DNA of 64,000 bases, taken from contig CAVQMN010000009.1 of the NCBI GenBank assembly GCA_963713625.1, forward strand, positions 84,093-148,092, written 5' to 3'. Position numbers and translations under genes: made by a program. The notes beneath the pieces were generated by a model. The model had not been told where the DNA came from and did no database searches. It was given only the letters and a program-made list of their open reading frames with translations. The DNA is from an uncultured Acidimicrobiales bacterium. GTDB taxonomy: Bacteria; Actinomycetota; Acidimicrobiia; Acidimicrobiales; RAAP-2. Positions 29,242 to 38,168 of this stretch are shown here, piece by piece; the first letter of the stretch is position 1, and each line of letters begins with the position of its first letter.

Positions 29242-30408
29242 CTAGTGGATGGTGAGCTCCGAGCGGTAGACCCGGGCCGGACCGAGGCCGACGATCGATG
29301 CGGCCAGCTGATCGAAGACACCCGCCACCTCGCCGCCGGGTTCCGAGATCACCACCGGCTGACCCTTGTCGCCGCCTTCGCGCAGGGCCGACACCAACGG
29401 AACCTGGGCCAGGAGGGGCACACCCAGCTCCCCGGCCAGCTGCTGGCCTCCCCCGGCACCGAACAGTTCGTACCGTTTGCCGTCGTCACCGGTGAACCAG
29501 CTCATGTTCTCGATGACTCCACGGACCGTGAGCTTCAGCTTGCGGGCGGCATAGGCCGAACGCTGGGCCACCCGCTCGGCCGCCGGCTGGGGCGTGGTCA
29601 CCACGTAGACCTCGGTTTTCGTCAGGTACTGCCCGAGCGAGAGGGTGACGTCACCGGTACCCGGTGGCATGTCGATGAGCAGATAGTCGGGCTCACCCCA
29701 ATAGGCGTCCACCAGGAATTGCTCGAGCGCCTTGTGGAGCATCGGACCGCGCCAGATCACCGGGGTGTCGTCGGGCACGAAGTAGCCCATGGACAGACAG
29801 CGAACGCCGTTGGCGGTGGGTGGCACCACCAGATCCCCGATGATCAGGGGATCGGAGTTCACGCCGAGCATCCCCGGCACCGAGAACCCGTAGACGTCGG
29901 CGTCGAGGATCCCGACGTCGTGGCCCATGCGCGCCAGGGCCACGGCCAGATTGACCGTCACCGAGGACTTACCGACGCCGCCCTTCCCCGACGAGATGCC
30001 GAGAATGCGCGTCTTCGAACGCGGGAGCATGAACCGGTTGGGGCGCCCCTCCTCGTGCCCGAGCTGACCATCGTGGGCATGGCCGTGGTCGTGTCCCTCG
30101 GGCGCGCCGCCTTCGACCGGCTCACCCCGGAGCAGCATGCGCAGACGGGCCCGCGGCTCCTCATCCATGAGCGCCTGGTCGACCGTCACCTCATCGACGC
30201 CGGCGAGCGCCCCCACCGCCTCGCGGATACGGTCGGTCAACTCGTCGACCTGGGGGTAGTGGGCCACCGGGAGTGCGATCTCCACAGCCACCTTCTTGCG
30301 CTTCACCCGCACCGGACCCACCATGCCCAGCTCTCCCAGCGGACGGCGCAATTCGGGATCGACCACCGCGGCCACAGCCTCTGTGACCTGGGACTCGTCA
30401 ATGGACAT
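29242..30408 (-). CDS. Mrp/NBP35/ApbC family Fe-S cluster carrier ATPase
   Basis: 388 aa: N-terminal DUF59-like region, then ISSGKGGVGKSSVTVNLA and ILDADVYGFS. Confidence 0.9.
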   Translation of the reverse strand: MSIDESQVTEAVAAVVDPELRRPLGELGMVGPVRVKRKKVAVEIALPVAHYPQVDELTDRIREAVGALAGVDEVTVDQALMDEEPRARLRMLLRGEPVEGGAPEGHDHGHAHDGQLGHEEGRPNRFMLPRSKTRILGISSGKGGVGKSSVTVNLAVALARMGHDVGILDADVYGFSVPGMLGVNSDPLIIGDLVVPPTANGVRCLSMGYFVPDDTPVIWRGPMLHKALEQFLVDAYWGEPDYLLIDMPPGTGDVTLSLGQYLTKTEVYVVTTPQPAAERVAQRSAYAARKLKLTVRGVIENMSWFTGDDGKRYELFGAGGGQQLAGELGVPLLAQVPLVSALREGGDKGQPVVISEPGGEVAGVFDQLAASIVGLGPARVYRSELTIH

Positions 30409-30455
30409 GGAGGATCTCCTCGGGGGATTTCGCCATCACCGGTAGGATAGGGGAC

Positions 30456-31241
30456 GTGCAACCGGTCCCGGACAGAGCCACTCCCCTGGTTGAGGCAGGG
30501 CTGGACGGAACGGACCCGAGGACCGATCCGTCGGAGTCGGACAGTAATTTTTCGGCCGCGGTCACCGCGGTCACCGCTGCCTTCGGGGACCCCACCCGGC
30601 GGGAGATCTACCTGTTCGTGCGCTCGAACCCGGGCACCACGTCGTCAGAGGTCGCCGCCCGCTTCTCGCTCCACCCCAACGTGGCCCGCCACCATCTCGA
30701 GCGGCTGGCCACCGGCGGGTACGTCGAGGTGACCATGGAGCGCACCGCGGGAAACGGAGCCGGACGGCCGTCGAAGCGCTTCCGGGCCATCGGCAACGAC
30801 CCCACGCTCGATCTGCTGACCCGCCGTGACGATCTCCTGGTCCTGCTGCTACAAGAAGCGCTCCAACTCCTCGGACCGGTGGCGGCCGAAGGGATGGCCG
30901 AGCGGGTGGGCGAGGAGTACGGACGCACGCTGGCCGGCCAGATGTCGCCCGGAGACGGCCAGCGCTCGCTGCGCACGGCCATGCATGCCATCGCCGACAC
31001 CTTGACGGCCCACGGATTCGCGGCCCACGCCGAGGATCAGGGGACCACCACCGCGGTGGTGGCCGACAACTGTCCCTTCGGCAACGCCGCCTCGCAGTAT
31101 CCGGTGCTGTGTGCGGTGGACCGGGGCATGGTCAAAGGACTGCTGGCCGGCCTGTGTGGCGAGGACGCCGACGGCACGGTGCCCGTGGTGCTGTCTTCCT
31201 CCCGGGCACGTGGGGACGACGCCTGCGCCGCCGTGGTCTGA
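30456..31241 (+). CDS. Winged-helix (ArsR-like) transcriptional regulator with C-terminal Cys motif
   Basis: FGDPTRREIYLFVRSNPGTTSSEVAARFSLHPNVARHHLERLATGGYV, with C-terminal NCPFG...LCAVDRG. Divergent from mrp and upstream of a cysteine desulfurase. Confidence 0.7.
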   Translation: MQPVPDRATPLVEAGLDGTDPRTDPSESDSNFSAAVTAVTAAFGDPTRREIYLFVRSNPGTTSSEVAARFSLHPNVARHHLERLATGGYVEVTMERTAGNGAGRPSKRFRAIGNDPTLDLLTRRDDLLVLLLQEALQLLGPVAAEGMAERVGEEYGRTLAGQMSPGDGQRSLRTAMHAIADTLTAHGFAAHAEDQGTTTAVVADNCPFGNAASQYPVLCAVDRGMVKGLLAGLCGEDADGTVPVVLSSSRARGDDACAAVV

Positions 31242-31256
31242 CCGGCGAGCCAGGCG

Positions 31257-32402
31257 TTGGCCCGTCACTATCTCGACCACGCGTCGACCAGTCCTCTCCG
31301 TCCGGCCGCCCACGCCGCCATGGCCGAATGGCTGGCATCCGGTGTCACCGCCGACCCTGGCCGCGTGCACACCGAGGGGCGGGTCGTTCGGGCCAAACTG
31401 GAGGAGGCGAGGGAACAGGTGGCCGCCTTCCTGCAGGTCCGACCCCGTCAGGTGGTGTTCACTTCCGGAGGGACCGAGGCGGCCAACACCGCCGTCTGGG
31501 GTGCCATCCGGGCCGACCCGGGTCCGGTGGCCTGCTCGGCGGTCGAGCATTCGGCGGTACGCGACGCCTCTCGGCGATCGGGCCCGGTCGTTCCGGTGGC
31601 CGTCGATGGCCGCGGTCGGATCGAGCCCGGTGCCGTCGAGGAGTCGATCGAGCGGTGCCGACTCCTCTACGGGCGGGCGCCGGCGTTGGTGCACTGCCAG
31701 TGGGCCAACCACGAGGTCGGGACCGTGCAGCCGGTGGCCGAGATCGTGGAGCTCTGCGCTGGACTCGGCATCCGCACCCACGTGGACGCGGTGGCGGCCG
31801 TCGGACAGGTACCTGTCGACATCGGCGAACTCGGCGCCGATCTGGTGTCGATCTCGTCCCACAAGCTCGGGGGGCCGACCGGCATCGGGGCGCTCGTCAT
31901 CCGGCGCGGGCTGCGGCTCGAGCCGTTCATGGTCGGCGGCGAGCAGGAGCGGGCCCGACGGGCCGGGCTCGAGCCCGTGGTCGGAGCCATCGGCTTCGGT
32001 GCCGCCGCTGCCGACCTGAGCGGGTCGGGGGTGCTGATGGCCGAGGAGGCCACCGCCCGACGACGGACCGACCGTCTGCAGCAGGCGGCCCGGGAGACGT
32101 CCGGCATCCACCTCTACGGCCATCCCCTTCACCGGCTGCCCCACATCGTGTGCCTGGGGGTCGACGGTGTCGAAGCTGAGCCGGTGCTGCTCGGGCTGGA
32201 CCAGGCCGGCATCGCCGTCCACTCCGGTTCGTCGTGCTCGTCGGAGACCCTGGAGCCTTCCCCGGTGCTCGAGGCCATGGGTGTCGACGGCGAGCGATCG
32301 CTGCGGGTCTCGGTGGGGTGGTCGACGACTGACGAGGACATCGACGCCTTCGTGACCGCCTTCCCCGGGGTGGTCGACCGGTTGCGGGCACTGCGGAGCT
32401 GA
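31257..32402 (+). CDS. Cysteine desulfurase (class V aminotransferase, NifS/IscS-like)
   Basis: 381 aa: YLDHASTSP, SSHKLGGPTGIGAL (PLP lysine) and HSGSSCSSE (active-site Cys). TTG start. Confidence 0.9.
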   Translation: MARHYLDHASTSPLRPAAHAAMAEWLASGVTADPGRVHTEGRVVRAKLEEAREQVAAFLQVRPRQVVFTSGGTEAANTAVWGAIRADPGPVACSAVEHSAVRDASRRSGPVVPVAVDGRGRIEPGAVEESIERCRLLYGRAPALVHCQWANHEVGTVQPVAEIVELCAGLGIRTHVDAVAAVGQVPVDIGELGADLVSISSHKLGGPTGIGALVIRRGLRLEPFMVGGEQERARRAGLEPVVGAIGFGAAAADLSGSGVLMAEEATARRRTDRLQQAARETSGIHLYGHPLHRLPHIVCLGVDGVEAEPVLLGLDQAGIAVHSGSSCSSETLEPSPVLEAMGVDGERSLRVSVGWSTTDEDIDAFVTAFPGVVDRLRALRS

Positions 32403-32442
32403 CGGGTCCGGGCCGGAGTCGGTCGGGCGGTAGGTTTCTGCC

Positions 32443-33414
32443 GTGCGCGCCATCGTCTGCCCGGAGCTCGGGCCTCTCGAATCCCTCGTCCTGGAAGAGC
32501 AGGACCCGCCCACGCCCGGAGACGGCCAGGTGGTGGTGGCCGTGCGGGCCGCCGGGGTCAACTTCGTCGACGGGCTGATCTGCCAGGGTCGGTACCAGAT
32601 CAAGCCGGCGGCACCCTTCGTACCAGGCAGCGAAATCGCCGGCGAGGTCGTGACCGTGGGACCCGGAGTCACCGGGGTCGAACCCGGTGACCGGGTCATC
32701 GCCTTCACCGGCTTCGGCGGTTTCGCCGACCAGGTGGTGGTCCCGGCCCTCGCCCTGGTGCGGATGCCCGACACCGTCGATTTCGACCAGGCAGCCACCC
32801 TCATCCAGAGTTACTGCACCGTGCTGTTCACCCTGACCCGGCGGACCACCCTCAGCGCCGGCGAGTGGGTCCTCGTCCTAGGGGCCGGTGGAGGCATCGG
32901 GCTGGCGGCCACCGATGTGGCCATGGCTCTCGGTGGCCGGGTCATCGCCGCCGCCTCCACTCCGGACAAGCTCGAAGCGGCGTCATCCATGGGGGCGGAA
33001 GCCACCATCGCCTACGAGCACGAAGACCTCAAGGTGCGGGCCCGTGAGATCTCAGGCGGGGGCGTCGACGTGGTCATCGACTCGGTGGGCGGACACCACA
33101 GTGAGCCCGCACTCCGGGCCACCAAACATCTGGGCCGGTTCTGCGTGATCGGGTTCGCATCGGGAACCATCCCCTCCGTCCCTCTCAATCAGGTGCTGCT
33201 CAACAACCGGACCATGGTGGGAGTCGACTGGGGCGGGTGGACCTTCAAGGATCCGTTCGGCAATCGTGAGCTGATAGGCGAGCTGATGGACCTGGTGGGC
33301 CAAGGGCGCCTGCACCCGGCCCGACCGGCCACCCATCCGCTCGAGGATGCGGCCGAGGTGATGTCGGGGCTCATCGACCGATCCATCGGAGGCAAGGTGG
33401 TACTCGTTCCCTGA
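32443..33414 (+). CDS. NADPH:quinone oxidoreductase / zinc-type MDR alcohol dehydrogenase family
   Basis: 323 aa: VAVRAAGVNFVD, VLVLGAGGGIGLAA (Rossmann) and the typical Qor C-terminus GKVVLVP. Confidence 0.9.
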   Translation: MRAIVCPELGPLESLVLEEQDPPTPGDGQVVVAVRAAGVNFVDGLICQGRYQIKPAAPFVPGSEIAGEVVTVGPGVTGVEPGDRVIAFTGFGGFADQVVVPALALVRMPDTVDFDQAATLIQSYCTVLFTLTRRTTLSAGEWVLVLGAGGGIGLAATDVAMALGGRVIAAASTPDKLEAASSMGAEATIAYEHEDLKVRAREISGGGVDVVIDSVGGHHSEPALRATKHLGRFCVIGFASGTIPSVPLNQVLLNNRTMVGVDWGGWTFKDPFGNRELIGELMDLVGQGRLHPARPATHPLEDAAEVMSGLIDRSIGGKVVLVP

Positions 33415-33439
33415 GGGGCGCGGGCCCCGGGCCAGCGCC

Positions 33440-33506
33440 GCGACCTGAGCGCCGAGCCCCTGAGCGCAGCGCTGAGCCCCTGAGCCCTAGAGCCCCTGAG
33501 TCCTAG
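33440..33506 (+). repeat. Irregular array of CTGAG-containing units (GAGCCCCTGAGC-like)
   Basis: CTGAG at 33445, 33460, 33472, 33480 and 33496, plus CTAG at 33487 and 33503. Lies between the convergent qor-like and hydrolase genes. Confidence 0.7.
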
Positions 33507-33536
33507 GGTGCCGGCCGACGCTGGATCTCAGCCTTG

Positions 33537-34406
33537 CTAATTGAGGGTGGGCCGGATCCGGTACTCAAGAAAGTCGATTACCGCCGAGGAGAAGGCGTCG
33601 TTGCGGTCCCCGGCGATCATGTGGGCAGCGCCGTCGACACCCACGGCGGTGGACCCTGGGATCTGGGCCAGCAGGTCGTCCACCCCATCCTGGGTGACGA
33701 CGTCACTGAGCAGACCGTGGACGAGCAAGGTGGGAACCCGGATGTTGCTGGTGGCCACGTCGAGCAGCCCGGCCAGGCGGTCCGGCACCACCTCGGTTCG
33801 CCCGTGGCCGATGACCCGTGGGTCCCAGTGCCAGTACCAGCGGCCGTCGCGCTCCCGGAGCACCTTCATGAGGCCACGAGGGTTGACCGGCCTGGTCCGT
33901 TGCGGCGTGTAGGCGGCGATGGCCGCCGCCGCGTCCTCCAGTGAGTCGAACCCGTCCACACCCGACAGCATGAAGGTCCTGATCCGATCGATGCCCAGCG
34001 GATTGGTCTTCGGGGTGATGTCCACCAGCACCAGCCCACAGGAGACCGTGCGGTCGCTCGTCCCCTCGGCCAACATGGCTGACATTCCCCCGAGCGAGGC
34101 CCCCACCAGAACCGGAGGCCTCCCAAGTTGGTCGGCCACGGCCACGCAGTCGGCACAGAAGGCGGTGAACGAGTAGTCACCGTTGGCCGCCCACTCGCTG
34201 TCACCATGACCGCGGAGGTCCATGGTCACCGTCCGCCAACCCCGGGAAGCGACTTTCTCGGCCGTCGACCCCCAGGCGTGTCGGGTCTGACCTCCGCCGT
34301 GGAGGAAGAGCACGGGACAGTCGCCGGGCTCGCCCCGTATGTCGGCGACCAGCTTCAACCCCTCGAAGCCCTCGAAGACGACCGTTTCGAAGTCCATGGT
34401 CACCAT
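33537..34406 (-). CDS. Alpha/beta hydrolase
   Basis: MVTMDFETVVFEG...PVLFLHGGGQTRHAW...LVGASLGGMSA (GxSxG)...AHMIAGD. The upstream part of the 418-aa ORF was rejected. Confidence 0.85.
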   Translation of the reverse strand: MVTMDFETVVFEGFEGLKLVADIRGEPGDCPVLFLHGGGQTRHAWGSTAEKVASRGWRTVTMDLRGHGDSEWAANGDYSFTAFCADCVAVADQLGRPPVLVGASLGGMSAMLAEGTSDRTVSCGLVLVDITPKTNPLGIDRIRTFMLSGVDGFDSLEDAAAAIAAYTPQRTRPVNPRGLMKVLRERDGRWYWHWDPRVIGHGRTEVVPDRLAGLLDVATSNIRVPTLLVHGLLSDVVTQDGVDDLLAQIPGSTAVGVDGAAHMIAGDRNDAFSSAVIDFLEYRIRPTLN

Positions 34407-34420
34407 CGTCACACAGGTGG

Positions 34421-34532
34421 GGTCCGAGAGGTGACGGTCCGCTCCAGACGGTCCGCTCCAGACGGTCCGCTCCGGCCGGTCCACCCCGCCCCGCCACCTC
34501 GGCCGGTCCACCCCGGCTGGTCCACGTCCGGT
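34421..34532. repeat. About 14-bp periodic GGTCC repeat array (about 8 units) in a divergent promoter region
   Basis: GGTCC at 34421, 34436, 34450, 34464, 34478, 34505 and 34519. Core units ACGGTCCGCTCCAG are perfect twice. Confidence 0.85.
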
Positions 34533-34584
34533 GGCATGATCGATCCATGGCGTCACATGACGTGTGCTCCCGGGTGGGCGGGCC

Positions 34585-35085
34585 ATGAACGAGACCGAAG
34601 CTGACATCGTCTCCGTCCAGGCGGTCCTCGATCGCAGCATGGACGAGGCCGGCCCGCATATCCGCCAGGTGCTGTCTCCCGAACACAGACTCGATGCCAG
34701 AGAACTGTGTGACGGGCTCACCGGAATGCGACTGCTGGCCCTGGCCACCGTCACCGCCGACAATCGACCGCTGGTCGGGCCGGTCGACGGCATCTTCTAC
34801 CGCGGCTCCTTTCACTTCGGTTCGGCTCCGGACTCGGTGCGGATCCGGCACATCCGCCGCCGGCCCCAGGTGAGCGCCACCCACCTGCCCGGCGAGGAGC
34901 TCGCGGTGACCGTGCACGGCCGGGCCACCCTGGTCGACATGCAGGACCCGGCCAACGTCGGTCTCCGGCAGGTGATCCTCGGTATCTACACGCCCCGGTT
35001 CGGTCCCGAGTGGGAGGCGTTCCTCGATGCCAACGTCTACGCCAGGATTGAGGCCGAACGCATCTTCACCTTCCACCTGGACTGA
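34585..35085 (+). CDS. Pyridoxamine 5'-phosphate oxidase family (split beta-barrel flavin/deazaflavin) protein
   Basis: MNETEADIVSVQAVLD...LATVTADNRPLVGPVDGIFYRGSFHFGSAP...VHGRATLV. The fold-family call comes from sequence pattern only. Confidence 0.7.
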   Translation: MNETEADIVSVQAVLDRSMDEAGPHIRQVLSPEHRLDARELCDGLTGMRLLALATVTADNRPLVGPVDGIFYRGSFHFGSAPDSVRIRHIRRRPQVSATHLPGEELAVTVHGRATLVDMQDPANVGLRQVILGIYTPRFGPEWEAFLDANVYARIEAERIFTFHLD

Positions 35086-35110
35086 CAAAGCCCTGGACCG
35101 GACACTCGGC

Positions 35111-35180
35111 CCTCGGGCGCCCGAGGGCGCCCGAGGGCGCCCGGGAGCGCCGGCGAGCGCCGGCGAGCGCCGGTGAGCGA
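35111..35180. repeat. 10-bp tandem repeat (CCGAGGGCGC / CGGCGAGCGC, 7 units) rich in GGCGCC palindromes
   Basis: Units align with consecutive 10-mers from 35111. TCGGGCGCCCGA is self-complementary, so multiple hairpins are possible. Lies downstream of the PNPOx-family gene. Confidence 0.85.
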
Positions 35181-35355
35181 CTCCCCTACCCCGCCCCACC
35201 GCCGGCCACAACCGCGACCGGGAGTTGCAACCTTCGACTCGACCGCGGCCCTCCACCCACCTGACGGGCCGGTAACAAGCCCGGTACCTGGGACTTTCGG
35301 AATGGGAGGAGGCCGATCGCGACAGCGGGGCTGGATCCGGTAGCTTCGCCCCCAT

Positions 35356-36156
35356 ATGCCGGCAATGACGTGGCTCAACCAACACAAATTCTTCGTCCTC
35401 GGCGCAGGCGTCATCTTCCTCATCGCCGCCGTCGTCGTCGGATTCTGGTTCTTCATCCTCCGGGACACGGCCACCCCGGTGAACCTGCGCCAAGCCCTCC
35501 GGCTCTACAAGCAGGACCAGCGGGCGGGGGAGACGGGGGATGCCTCGGAACTCCCGTCTCCTGGGGTCTACCGGTACCGGACCACCGGCAATGAGCAGCT
35601 GAGCTTCGGGGGCATCAAGCGGCTCTTCCCGGCGGCCACCAACATGATCGTGACCGAAAACGGCTGTGCCACCGAAAAATGGGAGCCGTTCGAGCAACAT
35701 ATGGAAGGCATCGTGGAGTGTCCGCTCCGATCGGGTGCCTACGGCATCACCACCACCCTGTCCTACGAGCAGATCGCCGGCACCCAGACGACCGACGTCA
35801 TCCACTGCCCGTCCAACACCTATCTGGTGCCACCCAACGCCCACGCCGGCGAACGCTGGCACAGCGTCTGCCATGCACAGGGTCTGAACGTCGACTGGTC
35901 TGGGGTGGTGGTCGGAAAGTCGTCGGTGAACGTCGGAGGGCATTCGATGCCCGCCGTCCACACTCGCCTGACGCTCGGCTTCTCCGGAGCCGAGTCCGGG
36001 ACCAACCCGAACGACTACTGGGTTTCGACCACGAACGGGCTCATCCTCTCCCAGGCCGAAACGGTCGACGTGTCACAGAAGGCGGGACCGCTCGGATCAG
36101 TGAAGTACAGCGAGCAGATGGCCATCAAAATCGCCTCGGCCACACCCGTCCGCTGA
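35356..36156 (+). CDS. Hypothetical membrane-anchored protein (single N-terminal TM, four Cys in the extracytoplasmic part)
   Basis: 266 aa. N-terminal helix FFVLGAGVIFLIAAVVVGFWFFIL, then a soluble domain with C..C..C..C spacing (NGCATEKW, VECPLRS, IHCPSN, SVCHAQG). No family recognised. Confidence 0.6.
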   Translation: MPAMTWLNQHKFFVLGAGVIFLIAAVVVGFWFFILRDTATPVNLRQALRLYKQDQRAGETGDASELPSPGVYRYRTTGNEQLSFGGIKRLFPAATNMIVTENGCATEKWEPFEQHMEGIVECPLRSGAYGITTTLSYEQIAGTQTTDVIHCPSNTYLVPPNAHAGERWHSVCHAQGLNVDWSGVVVGKSSVNVGGHSMPAVHTRLTLGFSGAESGTNPNDYWVSTTNGLILSQAETVDVSQKAGPLGSVKYSEQMAIKIASATPVR

Positions 36157-36181
36157 CCCCACCGGGAGCCTTCGCCAACCG

Positions 36182-36775
36182 TCAATCGTTCCCGGAGACC
36201 TCACGGACCACCCGGGCCGGATTGCCCACCACCACCACGCCGGCGGGGACATCCCTGCTGACCACGGAACCGGCCCCCACCACCGAGTTCTCCGCGATGC
36301 TGACGCCGGGCAGGACAATGACCCCACCACCGAGCCAGACGTTGTCGGCGATGTCGATCGGACTGGCCCCCTCCCACTTGTCGCGGCGGAGGTCGGGGTC
36401 GATGGGGTGGGTGGGGGTCAGCAGTTGGACGTTCGGCCCGATCTGGACGTCGCAGCCGATGGTGATCGGAGCAGGGTCGAGGGCCACCAGCCCGAAGTTG
36501 ACGAAGGTGCGCGCCCCGATCCGGATCTGCGAGCCGTAGTCACAGTAGAACGGGGGCCGGACGTCGCTGTCCGATCCGAACCCGGCCAGGAGCTCACCGA
36601 GGATCCGGACCCGCTCATCCCCGTCGTCGGCGCCGGTGCGGTTGAACCGTTCCATGAGCCGTCGGGCCCGCCGATGGTCGGCGGCGATCTCCGGATCACC
36701 GGCGAGGTAGAGCTCGCCGGCCAGCATCCGGTCGCGATGGGACCGGTCGCCCTCGGGCACCGTCGGTACGTTCAC
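36182..36775 (-). CDS. Sugar O-acetyltransferase (maltose/galactoside acetyltransferase-like, hexapeptide repeat)
   Basis: 197 aa: RMLAGELY..D.E....R.RA.RL...FN N-terminal Mac domain, then left-handed beta-helix repeats (IGPNVQLLT, NVWLGGGVIVLPGVSIG). Confidence 0.9.
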   Translation of the reverse strand: MNVPTVPEGDRSHRDRMLAGELYLAGDPEIAADHRRARRLMERFNRTGADDGDERVRILGELLAGFGSDSDVRPPFYCDYGSQIRIGARTFVNFGLVALDPAPITIGCDVQIGPNVQLLTPTHPIDPDLRRDKWEGASPIDIADNVWLGGGVIVLPGVSIAENSVVGAGSVVSRDVPAGVVVVGNPARVVREVSGND

Positions 36776-36830
36776 CCGGACAGCATGCCCGCTCTTACCC
36801 CGCCACGTCCGCTCCAGGCCGGCCGTCCGG

Positions 36831-38168
36831 TCAGCCTCCCACCTGGGCCGGGATCGGCTCTCCGGCCTGCCGGTACGCGACGCGTACCTCGGACGCGGCC
36901 TGTTTCACGATGGCAGACGGGGGATCGTCGGCCAGGAACTGGCGGTACTGGGCCACCGCTCCGGCCGCGTTGCCGTCTTCCTGCATGAGAACCGTCCCCA
37001 GGTAGAGCCGGACCGCATAGTCGCCGGGGTCGAGGACAACGGCCCGATCGAGCTTGTTCGTCCCGTCCTTGACCAGCGAGGGATTGTCGCCGGCCCTGCC
37101 GGTCTGATACTCGAGCCAACCGAGTTGGGCCATGGCCACTTCGTTGTCGGGATTCTTGGTGAGCACCGACTGGTAGAGCTGGGCGGCCTGGTCGGGCTGC
37201 CCCTGGTTCTCGTCGTTGGCCGCCTGGGCCAAGGTCTCTTCGACCTGTTGCTGCGGAGTCTCGGCAAAGCTTCCGGTCACCGACTGGCCCGGCTGCCGGG
37301 CGGTGGCGAACAGCACGACGGCCACGACCAGCGCGGCCCCGAAAGCGGCCACGGCTCCACCGAGGAGCCAACGGTTGCGACGGGTCCGGCCCGGCGTCGG
37401 TGTCGACGATCGGACCGCCGGCGCCTGACCACCGGATGCCACGGTCGCGGTTGCCGTCCCGGCTCGGACCGCGGGTTCCGGACCGTCGGCCACGATCACC
37501 GCGCCAGGGGGAAGCTCCTCGTCGCCGGCCACGGCCCGGGACGTGGTCGTGTCCAAGGCGGCCAGTCGAACCATGTCCCGGTGTCGCAGGGCGAGGTAGT
37601 CCTTGTCGGACAGGTCGCCGGCCAGGTACTCGGCATCGGCGTCGGCCAGCGACTGGACGAGGAAGTGCCGTCTGTCCTCGGCCGCCTCGGGCGTGAGCGC
37701 CGGTCGGCTCCGGCCGCCCGGGCCACCGGGAACCCCGGGTCCGCCCGTCTCGCCGGAATCGTCGTCGGTCACCTTGCGCCGGCGGAGGAAGAGTGCACCC
37801 AACGCCCCGAGCGCGGCCAGTCCCCCGACGAGGGGGAGCACCCAGACCAGGAGCGACCACCCGCTGGCCGGAGGATCGAGCACGATGGACGAGCCGTAGC
37901 GGTTGACCAGGAAGCTCTCGATCTGCTGGTTCGTCCTCCCCTCGGCGATCAGCTGGGCCACCGTGGCCCGCACGGTCACCGCCGTCGCCGCGCTCGATTC
38001 GGCGACGGACAGGTCCTCACAGCTGGGGCAGCGCAGTGCCGATTCGATGGCGGTCGCCCGCTCGGCCGCGGTGGGCGGGGACGAGGACAGGACCCCGCTC
38101 CCGACGATCAGGGCCACCACCAGGACGAGGCCGAGCGCCGTCCACAGGGGGAAACGGCGGGAGCTCAT
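36831..38168 (-). CDS. ccmH: Cytochrome c-type biogenesis protein CcmH fused to TPR (CcmI-like) domain
   Basis: 445 aa: signal/TM, LRCPSCEDLSVAESSA (CcmH CxxC), second TM, linker, C-terminal TPR-like repeats (AAQLYQSVLTKNPDNEVAMAQLGWLEY). Confidence 0.85.
   Translation of the reverse strand: MSSRRFPLWTALGLVLVVALIVGSGVLSSSPPTAAERATAIESALRCPSCEDLSVAESSAATAVTVRATVAQLIAEGRTNQQIESFLVNRYGSSIVLDPPASGWSLLVWVLPLVGGLAALGALGALFLRRRKVTDDDSGETGGPGVPGGPGGRSRPALTPEAAEDRRHFLVQSLADADAEYLAGDLSDKDYLALRHRDMVRLAALDTTTSRAVAGDEELPPGAVIVADGPEPAVRAGTATATVASGGQAPAVRSSTPTPGRTRRNRWLLGGAVAAFGAALVVAVVLFATARQPGQSVTGSFAETPQQQVEETLAQAANDENQGQPDQAAQLYQSVLTKNPDNEVAMAQLGWLEYQTGRAGDNPSLVKDGTNKLDRAVVLDPGDYAVRLYLGTVLMQEDGNAAGAVAQYRQFLADDPPSAIVKQAASEVRVAYRQAGEPIPAQVGG

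Noticed and set aside
30849-32804. 651-aa minus-strand ORF.
   Set aside because: It is antisense to the HTH regulator, cysteine desulfurase and qor genes, all of which carry clear motifs. It is a shadow ORF.
34201-35961. 586-aa minus-strand ORF.
   Set aside because: It spans a real divergent intergenic region and is antisense to the PNPOx-family and membrane-protein genes. It has no motifs.
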